Assembly (NCBI GenBank): GCA_963697085.1
Contig: CAVOMR010000003.1
Coordinates: forward strand, 62,611-126,610
Source: Candidatus Dormiibacterota bacterium
GTDB taxonomy: Bacteria; Chloroflexota; Dormibacteria; Aeolococcales; Aeolococcaceae
Reading direction: 5' to 3'
Length of the DNA stretch: 64,000 nt
In this document: piece by piece, positions 26,919-36,170 of the stretch
How positions within the stretch are numbered: the first letter of the stretch is position 1
Layout: every line of letters begins with the position of its first letter
Position numbers and translations under genes: made by a program
Notes under the pieces: generated by a model
What the model was told of the DNA's origin: nothing
Seen by the model: the letters and a program-made list of their open reading frames with translations, nothing else
Database searches by the model: none

Positions 26919-29306
26919 ATGGCAACTCGAGACATCACATACCCCCCGAGCGACGTCATGAGCGACTCCGAGACCGATGCGCTCATCAGGTACTGGAGCG
27001 CCGCGAATTACCTGACCGTCGCGCAGATCTACCTGCTGTCGAATGCGCTGCTCCGAGAGCCGCTCACAGCTGAGCACATCAAGCCTCGACTGCTCGGCCA
27101 CTGGGGAACGTCGCCGGGACTCAGCCTCGTGTACGCACATCTGAACAGGTTGATTCGCCGCCACGATGTCAACGCCATCTACGTGACCGGGCCGGGCCAC
27201 GGCGGCCCTGCGCTCGTCGCGAACGTCTATCTGGAGGGCACCTACAGCGAGATCTATCCTCAGGTGTCGCGTGATGAATCTGGGGTGACGCGGCTGGTGC
27301 GTCAGTTCTCGACCCCGGGCGGGATCCCCAGTCACGTGAGCGTGCCGACGCCCGGCTCCATCCACGAGGGCGGCGAGCTCGGGTATGCGCTCATCCATGC
27401 CTTTGGCGCCGCATTCGACAATCCGGACCTCCTGGTTGCCTGCGTCGTCGGCGACGGTGAGGCGGAGACGGGACCGCTCGAAGGCTCATGGAAGGGTGTG
27501 CGCTTTCTCAACCCCGCTCGCGATGGCGCCGTGCTCCCCATCCTTCACCTCAACGAGAACAAGATCTCCGGTCCGACCGTCCTCGGTCGCGCCCCCGACG
27601 GCGATGTGCGGGGTTTGCTCCACGCACACGGCTACGACGTGCGTGAGGTGTCCGGGAGCGACCCGACAGCCGTGCATCGGGACTTCGCGACGGCGCTCGA
27701 CCAGTCGTACGCGAGCATCCGCCAGATCCAACATGCGGCGCGCGCTGAGCACGATGCCTCCCGCCCGCGCTGGCCGGCGATCATCCTGCGAACCCCCAAG
27801 GGGTGGACCGGCCCGAAAGAGGTCGACGGAGTCCGCGTCGAGGGAACCTGGCGGGCTCACCAGGTACCGCTGGTCGACCCGAAGTCCAACCCCGAGCATC
27901 TCCATCAGCTCGAGGCGTGGCTCCGGGCCTACCGTCCCGAGTCACTCTTCGATGATCGGGGCCGTCTCGTCCAGGAGTTGCAGGAGCTTGCCCCGCAGGG
28001 GGACCGACGGATGGGCGCCAACCCACACGCCAACGGCGGTCTCCTCCTGCGCGACCTGGTCCTCAGGGATTACGCGACGTACGCCGTCCCCGTCACGGGT
28101 CACGCCACGACGAGCGCTGAGTCAACCCGTCAGTTCGGGGTGATGCTCCGAGATGTCTTCACCGACAACCACGAGGCTGCGAACTTCCGGCTCTTCTGCC
28201 CCGACGAGACCAACTCGAACAGGCTCGGCGCGGTGTTCGAGGTGGAAAGTCGTTGCCTCATGGATCCGACCAAGGCGGACGACATTCATGTCTCACCCGA
28301 CGGAAGGGTCATGGAAGTGCTCTCCGAGCATCTCTGTCAGGGGTGGTGCGAGGGATACATCCTCACCGGGCGTCACGGCGTGTTCGCCACCTACGAGGCG
28401 TTCGCCATGGTGTCGGCATCCATGGCGATTCAGCACGCCAAATGGCTGGAAGCCGCCCACGGCCTGGAATGGCGCGCGCGCATCGCCTCGCTGAACATCC
28501 TGCTGACATCGACGTGCTGGCGCAATGACCACAACGGCTTCAGCCATCAGGGACCCGGCCTCATCGACACGATGGTCTCGATGAGCGGGAACGTCGTACG
28601 CCTGTACCTGCCGCCCGACGCCAACTGCCTGCTCTCCGTCGCCGACCACTGCCTGCGAAGCCGGGGCTACGTGAACCTGATCGTCATCGACAAGCAGCCG
28701 GAGTTGCAGTACCTCAACCTCGAGGAGGCACGCGCCCACTGCGCCGATGGCGTCGGAGTGTGGGAGTGGGCGAGCACATCCGTCGACTACGAACCGGACA
28801 TCGTCATGGCGTGCGCCGGCGACATCCCGACGCTCGAAGCACTGGCCGCGACGGCGCTGTTGCGTGAGTGGTTGCCGGATCTGCGCGTGCGTTTCGTCAA
28901 CGTCGTCGACCTCATGACCCTCGTGCCCTCCCGATACCACCCGCACGGCTTGAGCGCGGACCGCTTTCGAGAGATCTTCACCGACACCGGTGAGGTCATC
29001 TTCGCCTTCCACGGCTACGCGCGGGCCTTGCATCAGCTCATCCACGGTCGGCCGAACGACCAGCGGTTCCACGTCCACGGCTTCACCGAACAGGGGACGA
29101 CGACGACCCCCTTCGACATGGTCGTCCTCAACGACATGAGTCGCTATCACCTGGCGCTGCACGCGATCGACCGGCTGCGGACACCACCGCCGAAGGCTGC
29201 GGAACTTGCCGCGCACTGCGAGGCGATGCTCGAGCGCCACCATCAGTACGTTCGTGAGAACTTCCAGGACATGCCGGAGATTCGTGACTGGGTCTGGCCT
29301 TTCTGA
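26919..29306 (+). CDS. xfp: phosphoketolase (xylulose-5-P/fructose-6-P phosphoketolase)
   Basis: 795 aa. YWSAANYLTVAQIYL...LLGHWGTSPGLSLVY and a TPP-enzyme layout typical of Xfp. Confidence 0.96.
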   Translation: MATRDITYPPSDVMSDSETDALIRYWSAANYLTVAQIYLLSNALLREPLTAEHIKPRLLGHWGTSPGLSLVYAHLNRLIRRHDVNAIYVTGPGHGGPALVANVYLEGTYSEIYPQVSRDESGVTRLVRQFSTPGGIPSHVSVPTPGSIHEGGELGYALIHAFGAAFDNPDLLVACVVGDGEAETGPLEGSWKGVRFLNPARDGAVLPILHLNENKISGPTVLGRAPDGDVRGLLHAHGYDVREVSGSDPTAVHRDFATALDQSYASIRQIQHAARAEHDASRPRWPAIILRTPKGWTGPKEVDGVRVEGTWRAHQVPLVDPKSNPEHLHQLEAWLRAYRPESLFDDRGRLVQELQELAPQGDRRMGANPHANGGLLLRDLVLRDYATYAVPVTGHATTSAESTRQFGVMLRDVFTDNHEAANFRLFCPDETNSNRLGAVFEVESRCLMDPTKADDIHVSPDGRVMEVLSEHLCQGWCEGYILTGRHGVFATYEAFAMVSASMAIQHAKWLEAAHGLEWRARIASLNILLTSTCWRNDHNGFSHQGPGLIDTMVSMSGNVVRLYLPPDANCLLSVADHCLRSRGYVNLIVIDKQPELQYLNLEEARAHCADGVGVWEWASTSVDYEPDIVMACAGDIPTLEALAATALLREWLPDLRVRFVNVVDLMTLVPSRYHPHGLSADRFREIFTDTGEVIFAFHGYARALHQLIHGRPNDQRFHVHGFTEQGTTTTPFDMVVLNDMSRYHLALHAIDRLRTPPPKAAELAAHCEAMLERHHQYVRENFQDMPEIRDWVWPF

Positions 29307-29318
29307 CCGGTGACCGGC

Positions 29319-30410
29319 ATGCGTGTCCTCGTCGTCAACGCGGGATCAAGCAGCTTGAAGCTGAGCGTCATCGGCGAGAGCGACGACACGCTCGCCGAGA
29401 CCGAGCTCGTGGGCGCGCCCGCCGGGACGGCGCACGATGACGCGCTCTTCGCGTTCATCGATGCGCAGGAGGATCTCGGCGCGGTCGGCCATCGCATCGT
29501 GCACGGGGGCGCCGCGCTGCGGGCTCCGGTCGTCGTGGATGACGCCGTCCGCGCGCAGCTCGAGGCGACGGCACAACTCGCACCGCTGCATGTCCCTCCG
29601 GCGCTCGCGGTGCTCGATGCGGTTCGTGAGCGTACGAACCTCAGGCAGGTAGCCTGCTTCGACACGGCATTTCATGCCACGCTGCCGGCGGCCGCCACGA
29701 CGTACGCCATCCCCGCTGCGTGGCGTGAGGATCTCGGGATCCAGCGCTTCGGGTTCCACGGGCTGTCCTGCGCTTGGTCGCTGCGCCGCGCCTCGTTGCT
29801 GCTCGGGCGGAGCCCCGAGTCACTCCATCTCGTGGTGGCACACCTGGGCGCCGGGGCATCGGTGACCGGCATCCGTGGAGGCCGGAGCGCTGACACGTCG
29901 ATGGGGTTCACGCCGCTCGAAGGGCTTGTCATGGCGACTCGCAGCGGTACCGTCGATCCGGGCGCGCTGCTCTACGTGCAAACGCACGGCGCCGTGGGAG
30001 CGGCGGCGATGAACGACCTGCTCGAGCATGAGTTGGGGCTACGCGGACTCGGCGGCAGTGCTGACATGCGCGAGATCCTCGACCGAGCGAGCGCGGGCGA
30101 CGCGAAGGCCGTTCTCGCACGCGATGTCTACGTGCACCGCGCCCGCGCGATGCTCTCCAGCGTTGCCGCATCACTCGATCGTCTCGACGCAATCGTGTTC
30201 ACCGGTGGCGTCGGCGAGAATGCTCCCGAGATCCGGGACCGAATCTGCGCGGGCCTCCGAGTCCTTGGTGTCGTCGCACCCCGTGTGACGATCCCACCGG
30301 AAGGCGATGCGGTGATCAGTGACCCGGCCGCGCGCGTCACGATCCTCGTAGTCCGCGCGCGCGAGGATCTGGAGATCAGCCGAGAGGTTCGCGAGCTGAT
30401 CCATCCGTAG
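29319..30410 (+). CDS. ackA: acetate kinase
   Basis: MRVLVVNAGSSSLKLSV N-terminus, HRIVHGG, FDTAFH and VFTGGVGEN blocks. A GTG at 29310 is an alternative start. Confidence 0.95.
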   Translation: MRVLVVNAGSSSLKLSVIGESDDTLAETELVGAPAGTAHDDALFAFIDAQEDLGAVGHRIVHGGAALRAPVVVDDAVRAQLEATAQLAPLHVPPALAVLDAVRERTNLRQVACFDTAFHATLPAAATTYAIPAAWREDLGIQRFGFHGLSCAWSLRRASLLLGRSPESLHLVVAHLGAGASVTGIRGGRSADTSMGFTPLEGLVMATRSGTVDPGALLYVQTHGAVGAAAMNDLLEHELGLRGLGGSADMREILDRASAGDAKAVLARDVYVHRARAMLSSVAASLDRLDAIVFTGGVGENAPEIRDRICAGLRVLGVVAPRVTIPPEGDAVISDPAARVTILVVRAREDLEISREVRELIHP

Positions 30411-30996
30411 CGTCTCCTCGTGAACGCCCGGTGGACACTGGCTCCCGCGGGGCAAGCACGCACCAGCGCCGCCAGTGGTGCTCGGTGATCGCAGTTCGGC
30501 ACAGGTACCGGCATGCCTCGGCTCCGGGCCACGCGCTGTGGGCCGACACCGGTTCGTACCGCGCGCATCCTTCAATAGATTCCGAGCCAAAGGGACACGG
30601 ATGGCCAACGATCGTCACTTCCACCGTCGGAATCCCGTCTGGGTCTCCCACCTGTCGAGCATGGCCACCTTGCCTGGGTACTTCCAGGGGCTTTTGTCAC
30701 AATCCGACGGGTCAGAAGACAGGTCAGTTCACGACGGTCGGCACTGGGCAGCGCGCAATCGCGAATGACAGTCTCTCCGGCATTGCTGCTCGACCACGAG
30801 CAGCCGAACGGAGATCGAAACGCCAAATGGCCGCCACGAACCGATCAAACGCAGCACGGTTGTGTACGCGACCGGACAGACAGACGGCCGGGCGGACGCC
30901 CACCGTCGCTGGTCGGGAGGCCTTCGCACGATGGCGCACGCGTGCGGCGGCGATCTGCGAAGCAGCGCCCAGGGTCCTAACTAGTGGAGCGGTCCT

Positions 30997-31152
30997 ATGA
31001 ATGAGCCGGCCCCCTATTTCCACTGGGGTTTCATCCTCATCTCGCTGCCGAACCTCGTCCTCATCGGGGTGATGGTCCTGGTGTTCATCGTGGCGCTCAT
31101 CGCCCCGTTCCCAGGACATGGGACCAAGGAGGAGGAGCGCCGTGACCAGTGA
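30997..31152 (+). CDS. 51-aa single-TM micro-protein (below the ORF-track cut-off)
   Basis: ATG 30997 (GGAG 7 nt upstream) to TGA 31150-31152: MNEPAPYFHWGFILISLPNLVLIGVMVLVFIVALIAPFPGHGTKEEERRDQ. Only about 7 codons end in A/T. It overlaps the start of the cytochrome b gene. Confidence 0.5.
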   Translation: MNEPAPYFHWGFILISLPNLVLIGVMVLVFIVALIAPFPGHGTKEEERRDQ

Positions 31153-31828
31153 GGCCGTGACCCCTCCAACCGAGGGCAACGCCGCGGCAATGACGCCCGC
31201 CCCCGAGCCGGGTTGGACTGCCGCCATCCGCAATCGTGTGTCGAAGACGATCCCACTGACCGAGCTCCTGCCGACACGCCAACCCGCCTACGTGGGCTCG
31301 TGGGTGTATGCCTTCGGCGTCGTCACCATCGCAGCCCTCTTCTGGGTTGTGCTCAGCGGTGTGTTGCTCGCGTTCTTCGGGTCGGAGTGGTGGCACATCT
31401 CCCCCGTTGGAAAGTTCTTCAACAGCGTTCACTTCTGGTCGGTCCAGATGTTCTTCATCTTCATGGTGCTGCATCTCTGGGGACAGTACTGGGGCGCGGG
31501 CTGGCGTGACGGCCGCGCCGCCACATGGATGATCGGCGTCGTCATCTTCCTCGTGAGCGTCGTGACAGCGTTCACGGGCTACCTCATCCAGCAGAACTTC
31601 AACTCACAGTGGATCGCGCTGAACGCCAAGGATGGGATCAATTCGACGGGATTCGGTGGTCTGTTCAATGTGCTGAACTTCGGCCAGCAGTATGGGCTGC
31701 ACGTGATGCTGTTCCCGATCGGCGTCACCCTGCTCGTCGCGCTCCACGTCATCCAGGTTCGCAGCCGGGGCGTCGTGCGCCCGATCGGGGACCCCGTCCC
31801 CATCGACAACACGAGGGCCGGCGCATGA
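31142..31828 (+). CDS. cytochrome b N-terminal (b6-like) domain protein
   Basis: GTG 31142 after AAGGAGGAGGAG. Bis-His pairs SVHFWSVQMFFIFMVLH (H-x13-H) and LHVMLFPIGVTLLVALH (H-x14-H). Confidence 0.85.
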   Translation: MTSEAVTPPTEGNAAAMTPAPEPGWTAAIRNRVSKTIPLTELLPTRQPAYVGSWVYAFGVVTIAALFWVVLSGVLLAFFGSEWWHISPVGKFFNSVHFWSVQMFFIFMVLHLWGQYWGAGWRDGRAATWMIGVVIFLVSVVTAFTGYLIQQNFNSQWIALNAKDGINSTGFGGLFNVLNFGQQYGLHVMLFPIGVTLLVALHVIQVRSRGVVRPIGDPVPIDNTRAGA

Positions 31829-32838
31829 GCGCACCACGCCCCGCGAAGATGGACAAGGCGACGTACTACCGCGGCGTCAGGATGATGCCGTACGACCTGG
31901 TCAAGGAGCTCGCCATCGCGATGGTCGGCGTCCTCGTCCTCGTGGTCGTCCTCGCCGTGGCGTTGTCGTCGCCGGACGTTCCGTCGGTGACCATCCAGAG
32001 CTGGGCAAAGGCGGACCCCGTCGACTTCGTGACCACCGCGGCCTCCGAACTGGCCGGGACCTCAGATGTCGCGACCTACGGTCCGCCGTACAACACCGCC
32101 AACGGTGCCGTGCAGACGCTCTGGTTCCTTGACCCGCAGGAATGGGCGGGTGTCCATGTCGCCACCAACGCTGCGAACGATTTCGTTCTCGACCCATTGA
32201 AGCAGTCGACGGTAGGTGACAGCGAGCTTGCGGATGCGTTGACGACGTATGACGGCGCAGGGAGCGGGCAGCAGACGACCTGGTTGACCAACTACAACAA
32301 CGCGCTCGCCAAGGCGTCCGTCAACGGTGACGGCATGGTCGTTGTGCCGAGCGGCGACTACGGTCCCGTGCCCGTGATGATGGCCAGGATGCTCACGCTG
32401 GCACGGTCCGGCGGCCTCGACGCACTGCTGCTCTCGAGCGACCACTTCTACCAGACGGACTTCAGCCGAGCCCTGCTCTTCCTCGGTGACGGCGGATACC
32501 TCGGCAACCTGGCGGTGGCTCAAAACCTTGACGGCAGCCAGTGGGGAATGATGAACGAGACCGGGCGCTATCCCGGACAGGCCTGGCTCTGGCTCTACAC
32601 GATGTGGTACCAGATTCCGCCCTTCAACTCGGATAGCGGCTTCCTCGGCGTCAGCGACGCGAACGCGGACCTCGCCGTCGTCGGAGCGATGCTTGTGCTG
32701 AGCGTTCTCCTCGTCCTGGTGCCATTCATCCCTGGGCTCCGCGACATCCCACGCTGGATTCCGATCCACAAGCTCATCTGGCGCCGTCATTACGCGGAGA
32801 TGCGCACCACGCCCGTACCCAACTCAACCCATCCGTAG
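31825..32838 (+). CDS. membrane protein, divergent cytochrome b C-terminal/subunit IV-like with a large extracytoplasmic insert
   Basis: ATG 31825 overlaps the cytochrome b stop (ATGA). The N-terminal helix MPYDLVKELAIAMVGVLVLVVVL and C-terminal WLWLYTMWYQIPPF...AVVGAMLVLSVLLVLVPFIPGL resemble helix E and the ef-loop/helix F of cytochrome b. The assignment is by eye. Confidence 0.6.
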   Translation: MSAPRPAKMDKATYYRGVRMMPYDLVKELAIAMVGVLVLVVVLAVALSSPDVPSVTIQSWAKADPVDFVTTAASELAGTSDVATYGPPYNTANGAVQTLWFLDPQEWAGVHVATNAANDFVLDPLKQSTVGDSELADALTTYDGAGSGQQTTWLTNYNNALAKASVNGDGMVVVPSGDYGPVPVMMARMLTLARSGGLDALLLSSDHFYQTDFSRALLFLGDGGYLGNLAVAQNLDGSQWGMMNETGRYPGQAWLWLYTMWYQIPPFNSDSGFLGVSDANADLAVVGAMLVLSVLLVLVPFIPGLRDIPRWIPIHKLIWRRHYAEMRTTPVPNSTHP

Positions 32839-32865
32839 TCGAGGGGCGAGCAACTCCACCGAGGG

Positions 32866-34512
32866 TCAGGCGACGATGCGCATACCGCGCCGCATCGCGA
32901 GATATGCGGCGCCGGTGCCGGCGACACCCAGCACGGCGAGGTAGATCAGGCTGCCCGTGAGCGGCAGGGAAAGGTAAGGGGTGCCGAAGGCATCGAAGAC
33001 CGAGATACGGCCCGTCCAGCTCGGCCATGAAAGCAGGTCGGCAAACGTGGTGAGGAGGAAGCACGCGACGAGGAGCGCGCCGGTGATACCGGTCGCGGCC
33101 GCACTTCTGAGGATGGTGACCGCGAGGAGTCCCACCCCGCCGATTGCGAAGCTCAACAGCAAGACATCGAAGAAGGTGCGGATCAACCCGCCCACATCGA
33201 CCGAATACCCGCCGATCAGCGAACCCACGAAGGTGCCGCCCACCACGGCGGCACCGACCAAGGCCGCGAGGACCAGCAAGGTGGCGATCCGCTCCATCAG
33301 GAGCCGGCCCATCGACACCGCCTGCGCGAGCACCACGTCATTGCGGTGCTGCGTCGCGTCGCTCGCCCATCTCGCGACCTGCGCGACGGCGAACCCGGCG
33401 ACCAGCAGCGCAGTGAACGAGAGAAAGAACGACAGGTACTGACCAGTGGTCAGGAAGGACCCATGACTCTGCAGGAACTTCCCCAGAGGCCCGCCGCTGT
33501 CGTTGACGATGCGGATTGCGGACGGAACCACCGCGGCCTCCACCGCCGTGAACGCGGCGATGGCGAACACCCAGGCCGCGACGCCGACCGGTTGCTCGGC
33601 AATCCAGTTCAGCCAGAGCGTTCTGCGCCAGATCGAGCTCGGCCGGAAGGTGTAGTCGGCGGGGCGGGTGTGGTGCGCGCGAGCGAGGCTGACTCCGCCG
33701 ATATCCCGTTGGAGATACAGCCACCATGCGGCGCCGCCTGCGACGAGAGCGGCGACCAGGAGCGTGGCCATGGCCGGCACACTGAACGTCGTCCCGGCGA
33801 GCGTGCGCGCCAGCACGTAGTAGTAGAACGGTGAGAGGTAGCGAAGGAAGGTGAGCGCGCCGAGACGGTCGTACATGTTGGCGATGAAGAACGATGCGAC
33901 GAGATAGCCCGCCGTCACGCCGGACGCGGTACGGGCCGACTGCACGAACTGCGAGACGAGCAGGCCGAGCGAGAACGACAGCACGCCGACGAAGCCGAGC
34001 GCGACGCACTGTCCGAGCGCCTGGAGCGCAAAGTGCACGCCCGACAGCTCGCCGCCGATGACGGTGAAGACGAAGAGGATCGCGACGATGGCGCTCAGCG
34101 CGATGAGAAACGCGGCGACGCGGTCGCGCAGGATCGAGTTGCGTGACCGCCCCGCTGCGAACCAGAGGTCGTAGATGCCCTTGCCCTCGGAGCCACGGAG
34201 GATCTGCGCACCCTGGATCGCGGCATAGACAGCCACGAGGAGCGCGATGTCGGGGAAGATCTTGTAGCTGAGGTATCCCCCGACCGTGTCCAGACGGTCG
34301 ACCGGACCGGTCAGGAATTGGAAGCTCCTCGCAATGGGCAGGGCTGCGGTGGCGAGCGCCTGCAGACCGCCACCGATTGCCTTCGCGGCGGCGACATACG
34401 CGGGAGCAAGGACCATCACCGACGCGCCGAACCCGACGCCGAGTGCCAGCGCTCCCACTCGGTGGCTGCGGACCGCCCACGGGATGAGGCTACGGTTGTG
34501 CTGGCTGGCCAT
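32866..34512 (-). CDS. ABC transporter permease (fused, ~12 TM, ABC-2-like)
   Basis: 548 aa, hydrophobic throughout. The start overlaps the 3' end of the ATPase gene by 23 nt. Confidence 0.8.
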   Translation of the reverse strand: MASQHNRSLIPWAVRSHRVGALALGVGFGASVMVLAPAYVAAAKAIGGGLQALATAALPIARSFQFLTGPVDRLDTVGGYLSYKIFPDIALLVAVYAAIQGAQILRGSEGKGIYDLWFAAGRSRNSILRDRVAAFLIALSAIVAILFVFTVIGGELSGVHFALQALGQCVALGFVGVLSFSLGLLVSQFVQSARTASGVTAGYLVASFFIANMYDRLGALTFLRYLSPFYYYVLARTLAGTTFSVPAMATLLVAALVAGGAAWWLYLQRDIGGVSLARAHHTRPADYTFRPSSIWRRTLWLNWIAEQPVGVAAWVFAIAAFTAVEAAVVPSAIRIVNDSGGPLGKFLQSHGSFLTTGQYLSFFLSFTALLVAGFAVAQVARWASDATQHRNDVVLAQAVSMGRLLMERIATLLVLAALVGAAVVGGTFVGSLIGGYSVDVGGLIRTFFDVLLLSFAIGGVGLLAVTILRSAAATGITGALLVACFLLTTFADLLSWPSWTGRISVFDAFGTPYLSLPLTGSLIYLAVLGVAGTGAAYLAMRRGMRIVA

Positions 34513-35386
34513 ACTGCGACAGGAAGATCTCTTCCAGACTCATCTCGGTCGAGTTCAGCGACACCACGACCGCCGGCACGAGCACGTCGAGCAGCGGTTC
34601 CATCGGACCGGTAACGGTGCACTGCAGGCGGTGATCCGAAACCACCACCTGCGCAACGCCCGGGATCTTCGCGAAGCGATCGCTGTCAATCGCGTTTTGC
34701 ACGGTCGCGTCAACTCGCCGGATATTGCTGATGCGCAACTCCTCCATCGTGCCCACCTGCCGCAACATCCCGTCGTGCACGACACCGATCCGATCGCAGA
34801 TCTCCTGCACCTCGGGCAGCACGTGGGACGAGAGAAAGATCGTCGCACCACGGTCGCGTGCCTCCCGGACGAGATCCCGGAAGATCTGCTGCATCAACGG
34901 GTCGAGCCCCGTCGTCGGCTCGTCGAGAAACAGGAGTTGCGGGTTGTGCATGAACGCCTGGATGAGCCACACCTTCTGCTTGTTCCCGTGCGAGTACGTC
35001 CGGTATTTGCGATGGAGGTCGAGGTCGAACCGTTTCGCGAGGTCGGTCACCCGCTTGGGATCGACGCCACCGCGGAGGTGAGCGAGGAGATCCAGGATCC
35101 GCTCGCCGGTCTGGTTCGGATACTCCGGAGACTCTCCCGGCAGGTACCCGGTGAGCGCGCGGATCTTCACCCCGTCGCGCTGGGTGTCCATCCCGAAGAT
35201 GCTCGCGCGCCCACTGTCGGGGCGTATCAGATCCATGAGCAGCCGAAGAGTCGTCGTCTTGCCCGCGCCATTCGGCCCGATGTACCCGAAGGCCTCGCCC
35301 TGGATGACCTCGAGGTTGAGGCCGAACAAGCCGCGGTGCTGGCCGTAGTCCTTGGTCAGCCCCTCGGTTTCAATCGCACTGGTCAC
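34490..35386 (-). CDS. ABC transporter ATP-binding protein
   Basis: GTG 35386 (VTSAIETEGLTKDYG...) after GAAGGGA. Walker A YIGPNGAGKTTT, HGNKQKVWLIQAF signature region, Walker B LLFLDEPTTGLD. The track ORF extension to 35620 overlaps tetR. Confidence 0.92.
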   Translation of the reverse strand: MTSAIETEGLTKDYGQHRGLFGLNLEVIQGEAFGYIGPNGAGKTTTLRLLMDLIRPDSGRASIFGMDTQRDGVKIRALTGYLPGESPEYPNQTGERILDLLAHLRGGVDPKRVTDLAKRFDLDLHRKYRTYSHGNKQKVWLIQAFMHNPQLLFLDEPTTGLDPLMQQIFRDLVREARDRGATIFLSSHVLPEVQEICDRIGVVHDGMLRQVGTMEELRISNIRRVDATVQNAIDSDRFAKIPGVAQVVVSDHRLQCTVTGPMEPLLDVLVPAVVVSLNSTEMSLEEIFLSQYGQPAQP

Positions 35387-35411
35387 GGAGCGTTCCCTTC
35401 GGCATGCATCG

Positions 35412-36093
35412 TCACTGATACCACAGGCGAAGCAGTTCGCCGTCGATGCGCAACGATCCCTCCGCGACGCCGAGGACTCGCTCGTACGCCTCGGCGTATG
35501 CGCCAAGCAGGCGTTCGACCTCCTCGAGTGTGACACGCATCGACCGCCGGGCGATGAAGAGCTCGGTGGCGAGCAGGTTTGCGGCGTACATGAGTGAGAT
35601 GAGCACTCGCGCGGCATCATCCGGCGAGGTGGCGACGAAGACGCCTTCGCGCGTGCCCTGTCGAATGATCTCCCCGAGCACAGGCGCGAGTTCCTGCATC
35701 AGGCTCTGACGGAGCTTCTCGCGGACGAGAGCGTTGTCATCCGACAACCAGATCTCGGCGATTCCGAGCACCAGATCCCTGCGCTCCGCTTTCCAGCCGG
35801 CAATCCCTGAGAAGACGCCCTGCAGCTTCGTGAGCGCGGGGATCGACGGGTCGCCCGTCATCGGCGTGAGGGATTCGAGCGCGGCGTCGACCATGCGCGT
35901 GACGACGGCTTCGAGGAGTTGCTGCTTCGAGTTCGAAGTAGTGGTAGAAGGCGCCGCGGGACGAACCGACTCCGTCCAGGATGTCCTGAACGCTCATCTG
36001 CTCGTAGGCCTTTGTCTGAATGAGGCGCTGCGCCACGTCGATGAACGCGTCGCGCCGGATCGTCTGCTCAGCCACGTTGACCGACCGCGACAT
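35412..36093 (-). pseudogene. TetR/AcrR family transcriptional regulator, apparent +1 frameshift near 35931
   Basis: The HTH half (RRDAFIDVAQRLIQTKAYEQMSVQDILDGVGSSRGAFYHYF) is in track ORF 35737-36093. The ligand-domain half (SKQQLLEAVVTRMVDAALESL...) continues in the frame of ORF 35412-35894. The junction reads tac ttc gaa c tcg aag. Confidence 0.75.
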
Positions 36094-36170
36094 CAGCGCC
36101 TCCTATAGACCGACTGTCGGTCTAAGAATACACCCAGCAAGGTCTGTGCGAGCTTCCCGTCAAGGGCGCG

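Noticed and set aside
30431-31000. 189-aa plus-strand ORF in the ackA-cytochrome b gap
   Set aside because: Arg/Ala/Thr/Gly-rich text without hydrophobic core periodicity and with weak codon bias. It is treated as non-coding (see the gap finding).
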